Shown here one piece after another: positions 1 to 15,748 of a DNA stretch of 64,000 bases (position 1 is the stretch's first letter; each line of letters begins with the position of its first letter). The notes beneath the pieces were generated by a model. That model was not told the DNA's origin. It worked only from the letters and a program-made list of their open reading frames with translations, and did no database searches. The position numbers and the translations under genes are program-made. The DNA comes from Escherichia coli (lineage in GTDB: Bacteria; Pseudomonadota; Gammaproteobacteria; Enterobacterales; Enterobacteriaceae), in assembly GCF_045037415.1 (NCBI RefSeq), contig NZ_CP173438.1. One strand, written 5' to 3'.

Positions 1-334
1 GCGCGATTTCAGCGAAGAAGAGATTATCGCCCGCATGATGATCCCGATGGTCAACGAAGTGGTCCGCTGTCTGGAAGAGGGCATTATCGCCACTCCGGCA
101 GAAGCGGATATGGCGCTGGTCTACGGCCTGGGCTTCCCTCCGTTCCACGGCGGCGCGTTCCGCTGGCTGGACACCCTCGGCAGCGCAAAATACCTCGATA
201 TGGCACAGCAATATCAGCACCTCGGCCCGCTGTATGAAGTACCGGAAGGTCTGCGTAATAAAGCACGTCATAACGAACCGTACTATCCCCCGGTTGAGCC
301 AGCCCGTCCGGTTGGCGACCTGAAAACGGCTTAA
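1..334 (+). CDS. fadB: Fatty acid oxidation complex alpha subunit, C-terminal fragment (5' end outside window)
   Basis: ORF running in from the window edge and ending 10 bp before fadA; position matches the fadBA operon. Confidence 0.8.
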
Positions 335-1507
<1,173 letters not shown>

Positions 1508-1511
1508 CCAC

Positions 1512-1620
1512 TTGCCGGATGCGGCGTGAACGCCTTATCCGGCCCACGGTTCAGAACTTTTGTAGGCCCGATAAGACGCGGCAGCGTTGCATCGGGCACT
1601 GTTTGCCGGATGCAACGTAG
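1512..1620. repeat. REP/BIME cluster (2-3 REP palindromic units in alternating orientation)
   Basis: Sequences such as gccggatgcggcgtgaacgccttatccggcc and its inverted partner gtaggcccgataagacgcgg match the E. coli REP consensus. Confidence 0.6.
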
Positions 1621-1654
1621 AGTAATGCCACTGTATAAAGTTTTAGTTGCCGTT

Positions 1655-1685
1655 CTTCCCGCCTGTCAGGGGCGGGTTTTTTATA
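1655..1685 (+). terminator. Rho-independent terminator after fadBA
   Basis: GC stem cccgcc-tgtcag-gggcggg followed by a run of 7 T. Confidence 0.6.
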
Positions 1686-1687
1686 TC

Positions 1688-2389
1688 TCAGATAAATGCA
1701 AACGCATCGCCAAACAGGCGATCTTCCCGCGCATTACGCTCGCTGCAAAACAGGTCACGGGCAATTTTCGCCATCTCAAAACGTCCGGCAATATAGATAT
1801 CATGCTCTGCCAGCGTACCATGATCCTGCAATACCGCCGTTAACACGGTGCCAGTACGCCCACGCCAGCCCGCTTCCGGTTGTTCAACCACCGGCACCAC
1901 TTGTAGACCAGGATGCTTCAACGAAAGCGCCTCAAGCTCGCAGAGATCATACAGATGCTGCTCTTCACGCCCGCCCCAGTAAATGGTGATATCACGGTTT
2001 GGGTTACGCGCCAACGCTGTCAGCAAAATCGAGCGGGCATAAGAGAACCCGGTGCCGCCCGCAATCAAAATCATCGGACGCTCTTCATCATCGCGCAGCC
2101 ACGCTTCTCCGTGGGGAATATCGACCACGATTTGATGATCTTTGAGGATGCGGTCCATGACTGCTTTCGCGTAAAGGTTGATTTCAGAAGCGCCAATATG
2201 CAGCTCGATAAACCCTTTTTCATCTGGCGTCGAAGCCATTGAGAACGGACGTTTGTCGCGCTCATCCATCACTACCATCAAATACTGACCAGCACGAAAA
2301 GAAAAGGCCGCGTCTGGCACGATGCGGACACGATATACGGTATCCGTGATAGCTTCTACCGAGGTCACTTTACAGCTTAAGGTTGTCAT
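1688..2389 (-). CDS. fre: NAD(P)H-flavin reductase
   Basis: Translation from [14 protein letters not shown] matches Fre (233 aa); the ORF track extends 11 codons upstream to a TTG that I trimmed. Confidence 0.9.
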
Positions 2390-2434
2390 GCGCTTTCTCT
2401 GTCGGATCGATAAATAGGGCAAAACAAACGCGCA

Positions 2435-3928
2435 TCAGGCGCTTTTACCGTTGTTAAAAATAGCCAGTTCATCCCAAATGGCGTCAATATGCGCGACAAC
2501 ATCTGGATCTTTTTTGATGGGACGTCCCCATTCACGCTGGGTTTCACCCGGCCATTTATTCGTGGCATCCAGCCCCATTTTTGAACCCAGCCCGGAGACA
2601 GGCGAGGCAAAATCCAGATAATCAATAGGCGTATTTTCTACCAGAACAGTATCCCGCGCCGGGTCCATACGGGTGGTAATCGCCCAAATCACATCGTTCC
2701 AGTCGCGGGCGTTGACGTCATCATCGCAAACGATCACAAATTTAGTGTACATAAACTGGCGTAAGAACGACCAGACGCCCATCATGACGCGCTTCGCGTG
2801 TCCGGCGTACTGTTTTTTGATCGTCACTACCGCCAGACGATAAGAACAGCCTTCCGGCGGCAGATAAAAATCGACAATTTCCGGGAACTGTTTTTGCAGA
2901 ATCGGCACGAACACTTCGTTCAGTGCTACACCCAGTACCGCAGGTTCATCTGGCGGACGCCCGGTATAGGTGGAATGATAAATCGCATCTTCACGCTGGG
3001 TAATATGCGTCACGGTAAATACCGGAAAACTATCGACTTCGTTATAGTAACCGGTATGGTCGCCATACGGCCCTTCCGGCGCAGTTTCGCCTTGTTCGAT
3101 ATACCCTTCCAGCACAATCTCCGCACTGGCGGGCACTTCAAGGTCATTGGAGATACACTTCACCACTTCGGTCTTGGTACCGCGCAGCAATCCGGCAAAC
3201 GCATACTCTGAAAGCGTATCCGGAACGGGGGTGACTGCACCGAGAATCGTGGCAGGATCGGCACCCAGCGCCACAGAAACCGGGAAACGTTCGCCCGGAT
3301 GCGCCGCACACCACTCCTGATAATCCAACGCGCCGCCGCGATGCGACAGCCAGCGCATAATCAGTTTGTTTTTACCAATTAGCTGCTGGCGATAAATGCC
3401 CAGATTCTGCCGCTCTTTATGCGGGCCACGCGTTACGGTGAGCCCCCAGGTAATCAGCGGCGCGGCATCTTCCGGCCAGCAGGTCATAATGGGAATGCGA
3501 TTGAGATCGACGTCATCGCCAGAGACGATTTTTTGTTGGCAGGGTGCACCACGCAGTCGCTTTGTCGGCATGTTCAATACTTGCTTAAACTGCGGCAGTT
3601 TATCAAACAGGTCGCGGAAACCTTTTGGCGGCTCCGGCTCTTTCAGAAACGCCAATAATTTACCAACTTCACGCAGCGCCGAAACATCTTCCTGCCCCAT
3701 GCCCATCGCCACGCGCTTTGGCGTACCGAACAGGTTGCACAGCACCGGCATTGAGTAGCCTTTAGGGTTTTCGAACAACAGCGCAGGCCCACCGGCACGC
3801 AAAGTGCGGTCAGCAATTTCAGTGATTTCCAGGTGCGGATCCACCGGGAGCGTGATACGTTTTAGCTCACCCTGCTGTTCAAGCAGCGTCAAGAAGTCGC
3901 GTAAATCGTTATATTTCATGGCGTCCAT
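2435..3928 (-). CDS. ubiD: 3-octaprenyl-4-hydroxybenzoate decarboxylase
   Basis: 497 aa, full-length match to UbiD ([13 protein letters not shown]...). Confidence 0.95.
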   Translation of the reverse strand: MDAMKYNDLRDFLTLLEQQGELKRITLPVDPHLEITEIADRTLRAGGPALLFENPKGYSMPVLCNLFGTPKRVAMGMGQEDVSALREVGKLLAFLKEPEPPKGFRDLFDKLPQFKQVLNMPTKRLRGAPCQQKIVSGDDVDLNRIPIMTCWPEDAAPLITWGLTVTRGPHKERQNLGIYRQQLIGKNKLIMRWLSHRGGALDYQEWCAAHPGERFPVSVALGADPATILGAVTPVPDTLSEYAFAGLLRGTKTEVVKCISNDLEVPASAEIVLEGYIEQGETAPEGPYGDHTGYYNEVDSFPVFTVTHITQREDAIYHSTYTGRPPDEPAVLGVALNEVFVPILQKQFPEIVDFYLPPEGCSYRLAVVTIKKQYAGHAKRVMMGVWSFLRQFMYTKFVIVCDDDVNARDWNDVIWAITTRMDPARDTVLVENTPIDYLDFASPVSGLGSKMGLDATNKWPGETQREWGRPIKKDPDVVAHIDAIWDELAIFNNGKSA

Positions 3929-4049
3929 TGTAGCCTCTTAATCTGCGCCCATTATACGGCGTTCATCTTTGCGATGCTGTAAATTTGTTAAATTAGCGTG
4001 AACTCTGACGGTATAACGCAAACCGGGGAATATAATTAACTTAGCGTAA

Positions 4050-5362
<1,313 letters not shown>

Positions 5363-5403
5363 CCTGTACTCCATATGACAACCGCCCTGACGGGCGGTTG
5401 AAT

Positions 5404-6180
5404 TTATTCTTCAGTTTTTTCGCTTTCTGCTTCAGCGTCGTTTTCCTCTTCCCGGTTTCGCCCTTTACCAACGTAAAAGCGTGAGAAGAAGACACCGATT
5501 TCAAACAGGCAGTACATCGGGATCGCCAACAGCGTTTGCGAGAAGACATCCGGCGGCGTCAGCAACATCCCGACAACGAATGCACCAACCAGCACATACG
5601 GGCGTTTTTTGCGTAAGTCTTCTGGCGAGGTAATCCCCATCCAGCACAGCAGCACAATTGCCACCGGCACTTCAAAGGAGACACCAAACGCCATAAACAG
5701 CGCCATAACGAAGCTTAAATAGCTCGCGATGTCGGTGGATACCTGTACCCCTTCCGGCGCGGTATTGGCAAGGAAGCCAAATGCCAGCGGAAAGACCACA
5801 AAGTAGGCGAACGCCATGCCGATATAAAACAGCAGAGAGCTGGAAACCAGCAGCGGCACCACCAGGCGACGTTCATGCTTATACAGCGCTGGGGCGATAA
5901 ACGCCCACACCTGATAGAGAATCACCGGCGCTGACAGAATCAGCGACACCATAAAGGTCAGCTTGATCGGCGTAAAGAACGGCGAGGCCACGTCGGTGGC
6001 GATCATCGTTGAACCTTGCGGCAACTGCTTGATCAATGGCGCGGATACCAGGTGATAGATGTCATTGGCGAAATAGACCAGACACAGGAATATCACGATC
6101 ACCGAGATAATGCAGTTCAGCAGACGCTTACGCAGCTCAATCAGATGCGTGATAAGCGGTTGAGTATCTTCTACAGACAT
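5404..6180 (-). CDS. tatC: Sec-independent protein translocase TatC
   Basis: 258 aa polytopic membrane protein matching TatC. Confidence 0.95.
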   Translation of the reverse strand: MSVEDTQPLITHLIELRKRLLNCIISVIVIFLCLVYFANDIYHLVSAPLIKQLPQGSTMIATDVASPFFTPIKLTFMVSLILSAPVILYQVWAFIAPALYKHERRLVVPLLVSSSLLFYIGMAFAYFVVFPLAFGFLANTAPEGVQVSTDIASYLSFVMALFMAFGVSFEVPVAIVLLCWMGITSPEDLRKKRPYVLVGAFVVGMLLTPPDVFSQTLLAIPMYCLFEIGVFFSRFYVGKGRNREEENDAEAESEKTEE

Positions 6181-6182
6181 GT

Positions 6183-6698
6183 TTACGGTTTATCACTCGA
6201 CGAAGGGGAAGGTGCAGCGGTTTTCGGTTCAGCGTCCGCAGCAGGTTTTACCACCGGCTCTGGCGTGGTTTCTGGCTTCTGTTCCGGCGAACTGGCCTGC
6301 GTTTGTGCAGCAGCAGGCGTTACGCCTTCATGCACAGTTTCATTGTCTTTCACCACCGGGTTATGGATGGTGTGCGCTTCATCGCTCGCCTTTTCAGGAT
6401 CGTTTGCAACGTAGGAACGCTTCATCGACTCCGCAGCCTGGCGTAATTCATCCATCGACGCTTTCAGTTCGGGCGTCAGGTTAGTGAGGCTCGCCTTTTC
6501 AACCTTTTTCAGACTGTCCTGAAACTCCTGGAGTTTTAACTCCTGGGTCAGTTCGTTCTGCACCGTTGTCGCCAGTGAACGCAACGCACGAATCCAGCCC
6601 GCTACCGTTTTTACCGCCACAGGCAGTCGTTGCGGCCCCAGAACGACGAGGCCGATGATGAACACCAATAGCAGTTCGCTAAAACCGATATCAAACAC
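6183..6698 (-). CDS. tatB: Sec-independent protein translocase TatB
   Basis: 171 aa, N-terminal TM helix + amphipathic helix, matches TatB. Confidence 0.95.
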   Translation of the reverse strand: MFDIGFSELLLVFIIGLVVLGPQRLPVAVKTVAGWIRALRSLATTVQNELTQELKLQEFQDSLKKVEKASLTNLTPELKASMDELRQAAESMKRSYVANDPEKASDEAHTIHNPVVKDNETVHEGVTPAAAQTQASSPEQKPETTPEPVVKPAADAEPKTAAPSPSSSDKP

Positions 6699-6701
6699 AG
6701 A

Positions 6702-6971
6702 TTACACCTGCTCTTTATCGTGGCGCTTCGCGTCTTCTGTTTTAGCCTGTTCCTGATTCGTATCCGCCTGCTTATCGGCGATAGTTTTCGCAGTAAAATC
6801 AGCATCCTGGCTGGTTTTATCCTGCTTTGGTTCATCATCGCTCATTGCTTTTTTAAAGCCTTTGATCGACGCACCAAGATCGGAACCGATGGAGCCGAGC
6901 TTTTTGGTGCCAAAAAGCAGTACAACGATGACGGCAATAATCAATAACTGCCAAATACTGATACCACCCAT
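6702..6971 (-). CDS. tatA: Sec-independent protein translocase TatA
   Basis: Matches TatA from [14 protein letters not shown] (89 aa); ORF-track extension of 14 codons trimmed. Confidence 0.9.
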   Translation of the reverse strand: MGGISIWQLLIIAVIVVLLFGTKKLGSIGSDLGASIKGFKKAMSDDEPKQDKTSQDADFTAKTIADKQADTNQEQAKTEDAKRHDKEQV

Positions 6972-7049
6972 ACATGTTCCTCTGTGGTAGATGATGATTA
7001 AACAAAGCCGCATTATACGTTACACGGCCCGCCTTGAGCGATGAAAAAA

Positions 7050-9292
<2,243 letters not shown>

Positions 9293-9305
9293 TTCCGGTC
9301 TCCTG

Positions 9306-10061
9306 TCAGAACTTATAACCACGATGCAGCGCCACAACCCCTGCCGTCAGATTGTAGTAGTCAACACTTTCGAATCCGGCATCCTGCATCATGGTTTTCA
9401 GGGTATCCTGATCGGGATGCATACGGATGGATTCTGCCAGATAACGGTAGCTGTCGGCGTCGTTCGCGACCAGTGAGCCAATACGCGGCAGCACATGGAA
9501 GGAGTATGCATCATAGGCTTTGCTCAGCGGCTCGATAATTGGCTTCGAGAACTCAAGCACCAGCAGGCGGCCGCCGGGTTTCAGCACGCGATACATTGAA
9601 CGCAGTGCTTTATCTTTGTCGGTGACGTTACGCAGACCAAACGAAATGGTGATGCAATCAAAGGTGTTATCCGGGAACGGCAGCGCCTCAGCGTTCGCCT
9701 GAACATACTCAACGTTGCCAATCACACCGATATTACGCAGCTTCTCGCGGCCCATTTTGAGCATGGATTCATTGATATCAGCAAGGACCACTTTGCCAGT
9801 TTCTCCGACCAGGCGAGAGAATTTCGCTGTCAGGTCGCCGGTGCCACCAGCCAGATCCAGCACGGTCTGCCCACGGCGTACGCCGCTGCAATCAATCGTG
9901 AATCGCTTCCACAAACGATGAATACCGAATGACATCAAATCATTCATGACATCGTATTTTGATGCCACGGAATGGAAAACGTGGGCGACCATATCCGCTT
10001 TTTGTTCCTTCGCGACGGTCTGAAAACCAAAGTGCGTCGTTTCTTGTGACTTATCCACCAT
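9306..10061 (-). CDS. ubiE: Ubiquinone/menaquinone C-methyltransferase
   Basis: 251 aa, SAM-MTase motif LDLAGGTGD, matches UbiE. Confidence 0.95.
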
Positions 10062-10155
10062 CTCAATGCCTGCTCATCAAAAAATTGTTCCAGAAGTGTA
10101 ACAGATTGGGCGTCGATGCCCTAGATTTCTACCCGGCTTAACTACCCCCAATGGG

Positions 10156-11583
10156 CTAGCGCGACTGCTGATTATATTCATCATCGCGTTGATAAGCTTC
10201 ATCATTCGGCTGCTCCGGAACCGACCGAAGTCGATACTCTTCATCCTGGCTCACCGCCTGTTCAGCCAAATCCGGATTAATCTCGCGTTTAATTTCTACC
10301 CCTAAACCGCGAAACGCTTCTGCCTGCGCCAGCACATTTCCGCGACCTGAAGAGAGTTTTTTCATTGCCTGGCGATAGTTATCCTGCGCTTTGTCGAGAC
10401 TTTGACCAATCGCGGACATGTCATCGATGAACAAACGCATCTTGTCGTACAGCTTGCTGGCACGATCGGCGATTTGCTGGGCGTTGCGGCTTTGATGCTC
10501 ATAACGCCACAGGTTGGCGATAGTGCGCAGCGCCACCAGCAGCGTAGTCGGGCTAACCAGCATGATATTGTTTTTCAACGCTTCGGTGATCAGCTCCGGC
10601 TGACGGTCAAGCGCCAGTAAAAAAGCGGGTTCAACGGGAATAAACATCAGCACGTAATCCAGAGTTCGCAGCCCCGGCAGCTGTTGATAATCTTTGCGTC
10701 CCAGCAAACGGATATGGTTACGCACCGACGCGATATGTTCCTGTAGCGCGCTTTCACGTGTGTAGTCATCTTCAGCGTTGAAATAACGTTCATAGGCAAC
10801 CAGCGTCATTTTGGCGTCGATCACCACATCTTTGCCCTGCGGCAGCCGCACGATGACATCCGGTTGCATTCGCGAACGAGTGTCGGTTTCGATACTCACT
10901 TGAGTCTGATATTCATACCCTTCACGCAGACCAGACGCCTCCAGTACGCGGGTTAGCACCACTTCGCCCCAGTTGCCCTGGGTTTTATTGTCGCCTTTCA
11001 GCGCACGCGTCAGGTTGATCGCTTCCTGGGCCATTTGCGCGTTGAGTTGCTGGAGATTGCGGATTTCGTGAGTCAGGGTATGACGTTCTTGTGCTTCTTT
11101 ACCGAAACTGTCCTGAACCTGACGGCGAAAACCGTCCAGTTGTTCACGCAACGGCGACAAAAGACTGTTCAGACTCTGGCGATTTTGCTCATCAACCCGA
11201 CGATTACTGTGTTCAAAAATACGGTTGGCAAGGTTTTCAAATTGCTCACTGAGGCGCTGTTCGCTGTTGATCATCTGGCGAATTTTATCGTCAGCGTGTT
11301 GCTGTGCGGCTTCCATCCGCGTGGTCACTTCACGCAGATCGGCCTCCAGCGAGGTGTTAATACTTTGCAGGCTGCGCACTTCGTTATTGAGCAATTCACA
11401 CTCTGCGCGCCAGTGCTCGCTTTGGGTAATTTGTTGTTTTGCCGCGCTTAACTCCGCGACCATCTCTTCACGTTCAGCTAATTGCTCGGCTTTTTGCTGC
11501 GCATGTTGATAACTGGCAAACAGCCAGCCAATTGCCACACCCACCAACGCAATGACTGCGTAAACCATGATTGAGAAATCCAC
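10156..11583 (-). CDS. rmuC: DNA recombination protein RmuC (YigN)
   Basis: 475 aa, N-terminal TM segment + long coiled-coil + RmuC nuclease-like C-terminus. Confidence 0.9.
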   Translation of the reverse strand: MDFSIMVYAVIALVGVAIGWLFASYQHAQQKAEQLAEREEMVAELSAAKQQITQSEHWRAECELLNNEVRSLQSINTSLEADLREVTTRMEAAQQHADDKIRQMINSEQRLSEQFENLANRIFEHSNRRVDEQNRQSLNSLLSPLREQLDGFRRQVQDSFGKEAQERHTLTHEIRNLQQLNAQMAQEAINLTRALKGDNKTQGNWGEVVLTRVLEASGLREGYEYQTQVSIETDTRSRMQPDVIVRLPQGKDVVIDAKMTLVAYERYFNAEDDYTRESALQEHIASVRNHIRLLGRKDYQQLPGLRTLDYVLMFIPVEPAFLLALDRQPELITEALKNNIMLVSPTTLLVALRTIANLWRYEHQSRNAQQIADRASKLYDKMRLFIDDMSAIGQSLDKAQDNYRQAMKKLSSGRGNVLAQAEAFRGLGVEIKREINPDLAEQAVSQDEEYRLRSVPEQPNDEAYQRDDEYNQQSR

Positions 11584-11702
11584 AACGCCTCCTGACGCAA
11601 CAACTTACCCGCACAAAATAGAATTGTGCTGTACAAACGTCCAGTTTGAAAGAAGTTTCCTGCGAGGCGCTACGCAAAACGATCGTTAATTTTCATTATT
11701 TT

Positions 11703-11738
11703 ATCCCATAATATGAGATGAAGTTTATATTGTGGGAT
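11703..11738. promoter_or_regulatory. Imperfect inverted repeat upstream of the IclR-family gene (candidate operator)
   Basis: atcccataatat-N12-atattgtgggat, arms one mismatch from perfect, about 60 bp upstream of the start codon. Confidence 0.3.
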
Positions 11739-11799
11739 ATATCACCTTTTCCCCACGTCATTATGTGGAACACTTCAGCAATATCATCAGGAGAAACGT

Positions 11800-12567
11800 A
11801 TGGCAGAAACCTCTTCAACCACCGCAGGCGCACAAACGTTATTACGTGGACTGGCGGTTCTTAATGCTGTTTATAACGGCTGCCATGACCTAAAAAGTAT
11901 CGGCGAGTTCACCGGCACGACCCGGAGCACAACCCATCGTTTAGTCACCGTTCTGGTGGAACAACGCTACCTGCGCCATGTCCCAACGCAGGGCTACCAA
12001 CTGGGTGCCAAACTGATCGAATTCGGTGCCAGAGCACTGGAAAGCACCTCGCTGTACGAAATTGCCCAGCCCGTTTTGCAACGCCTTGCCCGTTACACCC
12101 TGGACACCGTGCATCTGGGGATCGTTGAAGGCGACGAAGTGCTGTATCTGGAGAAGATCAACAGTCAGCGCGGGCTGGAAATGCGCTCACGCCCAGGCCA
12201 TCGCATGCCACTGGCAATCACCGGCATCGGCAAGGCATTGATCCTCAACCGAACAGAAGAAGAGTGGCGCACGCTGTTTAAGACCTGTGGTGATGAAACA
12301 AAACTGGGCGCATTTATTCAGAACATGCGTCGTTATGCCGCCAGTGGTTTTGCTTTTGATCTGGAAGAGAACGAGCCGACTATCCGTTGCGTTGCAGCGC
12401 CGGTTTACAACGCCCGGGATGAAATTGTGGCGGCTATTTCTGTCGCCAGTACCACCACGTATATGTCGCTGGCGCGTCTGGAAGAACTGGCACCTTACGT
12501 CAAATCCTGTGCAGAAGAGATATCCGCTGAACTGGGCTGGGGTAAGCACGTCCGCAAAGATAAATAA
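11800..12567 (+). CDS. IclR-family transcriptional regulator (KdgR-like)
   Basis: 255 aa; N-terminal wHTH followed by an IclR effector domain; RBS aggag 8 bp upstream. Confidence 0.8.
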   Translation: MAETSSTTAGAQTLLRGLAVLNAVYNGCHDLKSIGEFTGTTRSTTHRLVTVLVEQRYLRHVPTQGYQLGAKLIEFGARALESTSLYEIAQPVLQRLARYTLDTVHLGIVEGDEVLYLEKINSQRGLEMRSRPGHRMPLAITGIGKALILNRTEEEWRTLFKTCGDETKLGAFIQNMRRYAASGFAFDLEENEPTIRCVAAPVYNARDEIVAAISVASTTTYMSLARLEELAPYVKSCAEEISAELGWGKHVRKDK

Positions 12568-12590
12568 ACCATGATTAAAGGAAACGACTA

Positions 12591-13595
12591 ATGCCGGGAG
12601 CACCCTCATTTATTGCCCTGGACTGGGGAACGTCATCGCTTCGGGCATGGCGTTTTGGCGAATCACCAAATCCACAAGAAAAACGTGAATTCCCCTGGGG
12701 GATCATGAAATTACCCTCCCAGGCAGCAACACGTGAGGACGCTTTCCACGATACGTTTTTACGTGTCTGCGGCGACTGGCTGGCACAAACCCCATGCCCG
12801 GTACTGGCTTGCGGCATGCTCGGCAGTGCGCAAGGGTGGCAACCAGCAGCTTATTTACCTTGCCCGGTCACTCTCGAGGGTCTGGCGAAGCAGTTGACGC
12901 CTGTTATCCACCAGCAGCAGACAATGCTGCACATCATTCCTGGCGTGATTAAAGAAGGTGAAATGCCCGAAGTGATGCGTGGCGAAGAGACACAAATCTT
13001 CGGTGCTATCTCGATGGAACCGTCCCTGCAAAATGCGATCCATCAGGGTATGCCAGTGCTGATAGGCTTACCCGGCACACATGCGAAATGGGCAGTAGTT
13101 GAAAACAACACCATTACCGATTTCCGAACCTTTATGACGGGCGAGTTATTTGATGTTTTATCCCGCCATTCGATTCTCGGTGCCACCATGCATCCTGGAG
13201 ATGAACTGCACTGGGATGCCTTCACCCACGGGCTGACAGCAGCACAAGAGCATCATCAGACCGGATTATTATCGACGCTGTTTTCGACCCGTTCGCGCCT
13301 GCTGACCAGTAATCTTACGTCGTCCTCGCAGGGGGATTACCTTTCCGGATTACTGATAGGCCATGAATTATGTGGTCTGGCATCCAGTTTGCTACGTGAT
13401 TTACCCGCCACAACACCGATCGCCTTAATCGGTAGCGCAAATCTGAACAGCCGCTATTCACAAGCATTCAGCCACGTTTTTCCCGACAGACAGATACACG
13501 CCATTCCTAATGCCACTGAACAGGGATTATGGCGAATCGCCCACGCTGCCGGGTTACTGTCCACCAACGCCAGGGAATGTACCCATGCCATTTAA
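12591..13595 (+). CDS. 2-dehydro-3-deoxygalactonokinase-family sugar-acid kinase (DgoK-like)
   Basis: 334 aa; shares DgoK motifs IALDWGTS, MRGEETQ, PGTHAKW, FRTFMTGEL, LSGLLIG. Confidence 0.8.
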   Translation: MPGAPSFIALDWGTSSLRAWRFGESPNPQEKREFPWGIMKLPSQAATREDAFHDTFLRVCGDWLAQTPCPVLACGMLGSAQGWQPAAYLPCPVTLEGLAKQLTPVIHQQQTMLHIIPGVIKEGEMPEVMRGEETQIFGAISMEPSLQNAIHQGMPVLIGLPGTHAKWAVVENNTITDFRTFMTGELFDVLSRHSILGATMHPGDELHWDAFTHGLTAAQEHHQTGLLSTLFSTRSRLLTSNLTSSSQGDYLSGLLIGHELCGLASSLLRDLPATTPIALIGSANLNSRYSQAFSHVFPDRQIHAIPNATEQGLWRIAHAAGLLSTNARECTHAI

Positions 13596-14214
13596 TACGC
13601 TTTTGCAAAAAACCGGGTTAGTCGCCATTTTACGCGGCGTGAAACCGGATGAGATTGTCGCCATCGGTGAAAAACTGTACGCCGCCGGATTCCGCCTGAT
13701 TGAGATTCCTATGAACTCGCCGGAGGCGTTGCAAAGTATCAGTTTACTGCGCGACGCCCTGCCTAAGGACTGCCTGGTCGGAGCCGGAACTGTGCTTTCG
13801 GTAGAGCAGGTGGTTGCGGTTAAAGAGGCTGGGGGCCAGATTATCGTGATGCCGCATTGCGATACTGCGGTGATCCGTCGCGCCCGTGCGCTGGGTATGT
13901 ATTGTGCGCCTGGCGTCGCCACGCCCACCGAAGCCTTTACTGCCATTGAACATGGTGCTAATGCCATCAAGCTGTTCCCGGCTGAACAAATTACGCCAGA
14001 AGTTACCAAAGCCTGGCGTGCGGTTATTCCACAATCCGTTCCGATGTTACCGGTTGGCGGTATCACACCGGAAACCATGGCGCGTTATCTGAGCCACGGC
14101 GCAAACGGCTTTGGCCTCGGTTCTGCGCTATATCACCCCGGCATGACGCCAGAGCAAGTCTATGAAAATGCAGTACTGTTTATGAACGCATGGAACAATT
14201 TAAATAGCAACTAA
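13585..14214 (+). CDS. 2-dehydro-3-deoxy-6-phosphogalactonate/KDPG-type aldolase (DgoA/Eda family)
   Basis: Start chosen at MPFNTLLQ, overlapping the kinase stop by 11 bp; motifs LVAILRG, GAGTVL, KLFPA, GGITPE typical of class I KDPG/KDPGal aldolases. Confidence 0.75.
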   Translation: MPFNTLLQKTGLVAILRGVKPDEIVAIGEKLYAAGFRLIEIPMNSPEALQSISLLRDALPKDCLVGAGTVLSVEQVVAVKEAGGQIIVMPHCDTAVIRRARALGMYCAPGVATPTEAFTAIEHGANAIKLFPAEQITPEVTKAWRAVIPQSVPMLPVGGITPETMARYLSHGANGFGLGSALYHPGMTPEQVYENAVLFMNAWNNLNSN

Positions 14215-14238
14215 CTGATAAATAAGGATATAAAAGCA

Positions 14239-15213
14239 ATGATAAAACATCTTACCTTACCGAAAAAAATGGCTGCAATGGTACTTCTTGCAGGCGCTGC
14301 CCTCAGCATTGCGCCTGTACAGGCTGCCTCCTGGCCAACCAAACAGATCGAGTTAGTCGTTCCCTACGCTGCCGGAGGCGGTACGGATCTGGTTGCCCGT
14401 GCCTTTGCTGATGCCGCCAAAAACCATTTACCCGTCAGCATCGGGGTTATCAATAAACCTGGCGGAGGCGGTGCTATCGGCCTGAGTGAAATCGCCGCTG
14501 CCCGCCCTGGCGGTTACAAAATTGGTTTAGGCACGGTTGAACTGACCACCCTTCCCAGCCTCGGAATGGTGCGTTTTAAAACCAGCGACTTTAAACCCAT
14601 TGCCCGTCTGAATGCGGATCCGGCTGCTATCACAGTCCGTGCCGATGCGCCGTGGAATAGCTATGAAGAATTTATGACTTACGCCAAAGCGAATCCCGGA
14701 AAAGTACGCATTGGTAACTCAGGCACCGGAGCTATCTGGCATCTGGCGGCAGCTGCACTGGAAGACAAAACGGGCGCAAAGTTTTCTCATGTCCCGTATG
14801 ACGGCGCAGCCCCTGCCATTACAGGCCTGTTAGGCGGGCACATTGAAGCGGTTTCCGTAAGCCCAGGAGAAGTTATCAACCATGTGAAAGGCGGCAAGCT
14901 GAAGACACTGGTAGTGATGGCGGATGAGCGAATGAAAACCATGCCTGACGTCCCGACGTTAAAAGAGAAAGGCGTTGATCTCTCCATCGGCACCTGGCGC
15001 GGCCTGATTGTGTCGCAAAAAACGCCGCAGGATGTGGTGGATGTTCTGGCAAAGGCAGCAAAAGAGACGGCTGAAGAGCCTGCATTCCAGGATGCACTAC
15101 AAAAGTTGAATCTCAACTATGCATGGCTTGACGCTGCCAGCTTCCAGACCCAAATCAGCGAACAGGAAAAGTACTTTGACGAGTTGCTGACTCGCCTGGG
15201 CCTGAAAAAATAA
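14239..15213 (+). CDS. Tripartite tricarboxylate transporter substrate-binding protein (TctC/Bug family)
   Basis: 324 aa with signal peptide (AAL-SIAPVQA) and Bug-family length and composition. Confidence 0.75.
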   Translation: MIKHLTLPKKMAAMVLLAGAALSIAPVQAASWPTKQIELVVPYAAGGGTDLVARAFADAAKNHLPVSIGVINKPGGGGAIGLSEIAAARPGGYKIGLGTVELTTLPSLGMVRFKTSDFKPIARLNADPAAITVRADAPWNSYEEFMTYAKANPGKVRIGNSGTGAIWHLAAAALEDKTGAKFSHVPYDGAAPAITGLLGGHIEAVSVSPGEVINHVKGGKLKTLVVMADERMKTMPDVPTLKEKGVDLSIGTWRGLIVSQKTPQDVVDVLAKAAKETAEEPAFQDALQKLNLNYAWLDAASFQTQISEQEKYFDELLTRLGLKK

Positions 15214-15226
15214 ACCTGAGGTACGG

Positions 15227-15736
15227 TTGATGAACACAAAACAGTCTGTTGCTCAACTCGCCGTACCGCACCGCAAGCGCCTTTCATCAACGATGGTGGT
15301 GGCGCTGTTACTTTGTGTGGTTGCTGGCGCGGTGATGATTAATGCCGCTGATTTTCCAGCAACTGCCATTGAAACGGATCCCGGTGCAAGTGCCTTCCCT
15401 ACCTTCTATGCCTGTGCCCTGATTGTGCTCGCTGTCTTGCTGGTGATACGCGATCTTTTGCAGGCAAAACCAGCCTCTTGCGCCAACGCACAGGAAAAAC
15501 CGGCATTCAGGAAAACGGCAACAGGAATTGCGGCAACCGCGTTTTATATTGTGGCGATGAGCTACTGCGGTTATCTCATTACTACTCCTGTTTTCCTCAT
15601 CGTCATTATGACGTTGATGGGCTACAGGCGATGGGTACTCACACCGGGTATTGCGCTGCTGTTAACGGCAATCCTCTGGTTGCTGTTTGTCGAAGCGTTA
15701 CAGGTGCCATTGCCTGTCGGCACATTTTTCGAATAA
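15227..15736 (+). CDS. Tripartite tricarboxylate transporter small membrane subunit (TctB-like)
   Basis: 169 aa hydrophobic 4-TM protein immediately between the TctC-like and TctA-like genes. Confidence 0.6.
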   Translation: MMNTKQSVAQLAVPHRKRLSSTMVVALLLCVVAGAVMINAADFPATAIETDPGASAFPTFYACALIVLAVLLVIRDLLQAKPASCANAQEKPAFRKTATGIAATAFYIVAMSYCGYLITTPVFLIVIMTLMGYRRWVLTPGIALLLTAILWLLFVEALQVPLPVGTFFE

Positions 15737-15748
15737 CAGGGGCCAGCA

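Noticed and set aside
1526-1843. 105-aa ORF spanning the REP cluster and the fre 3' end
   Set aside because: It runs through REP palindromes and a terminator and is antisense to fre; it is not coding.
5378-5400. Hairpin caaccgccctgacgggcggttg between tatC and tatD as a terminator
   Set aside because: No U-tract follows on the transcribed strand. It is more likely an intra-operon stem-loop than a terminator, so it is not reported as a feature.
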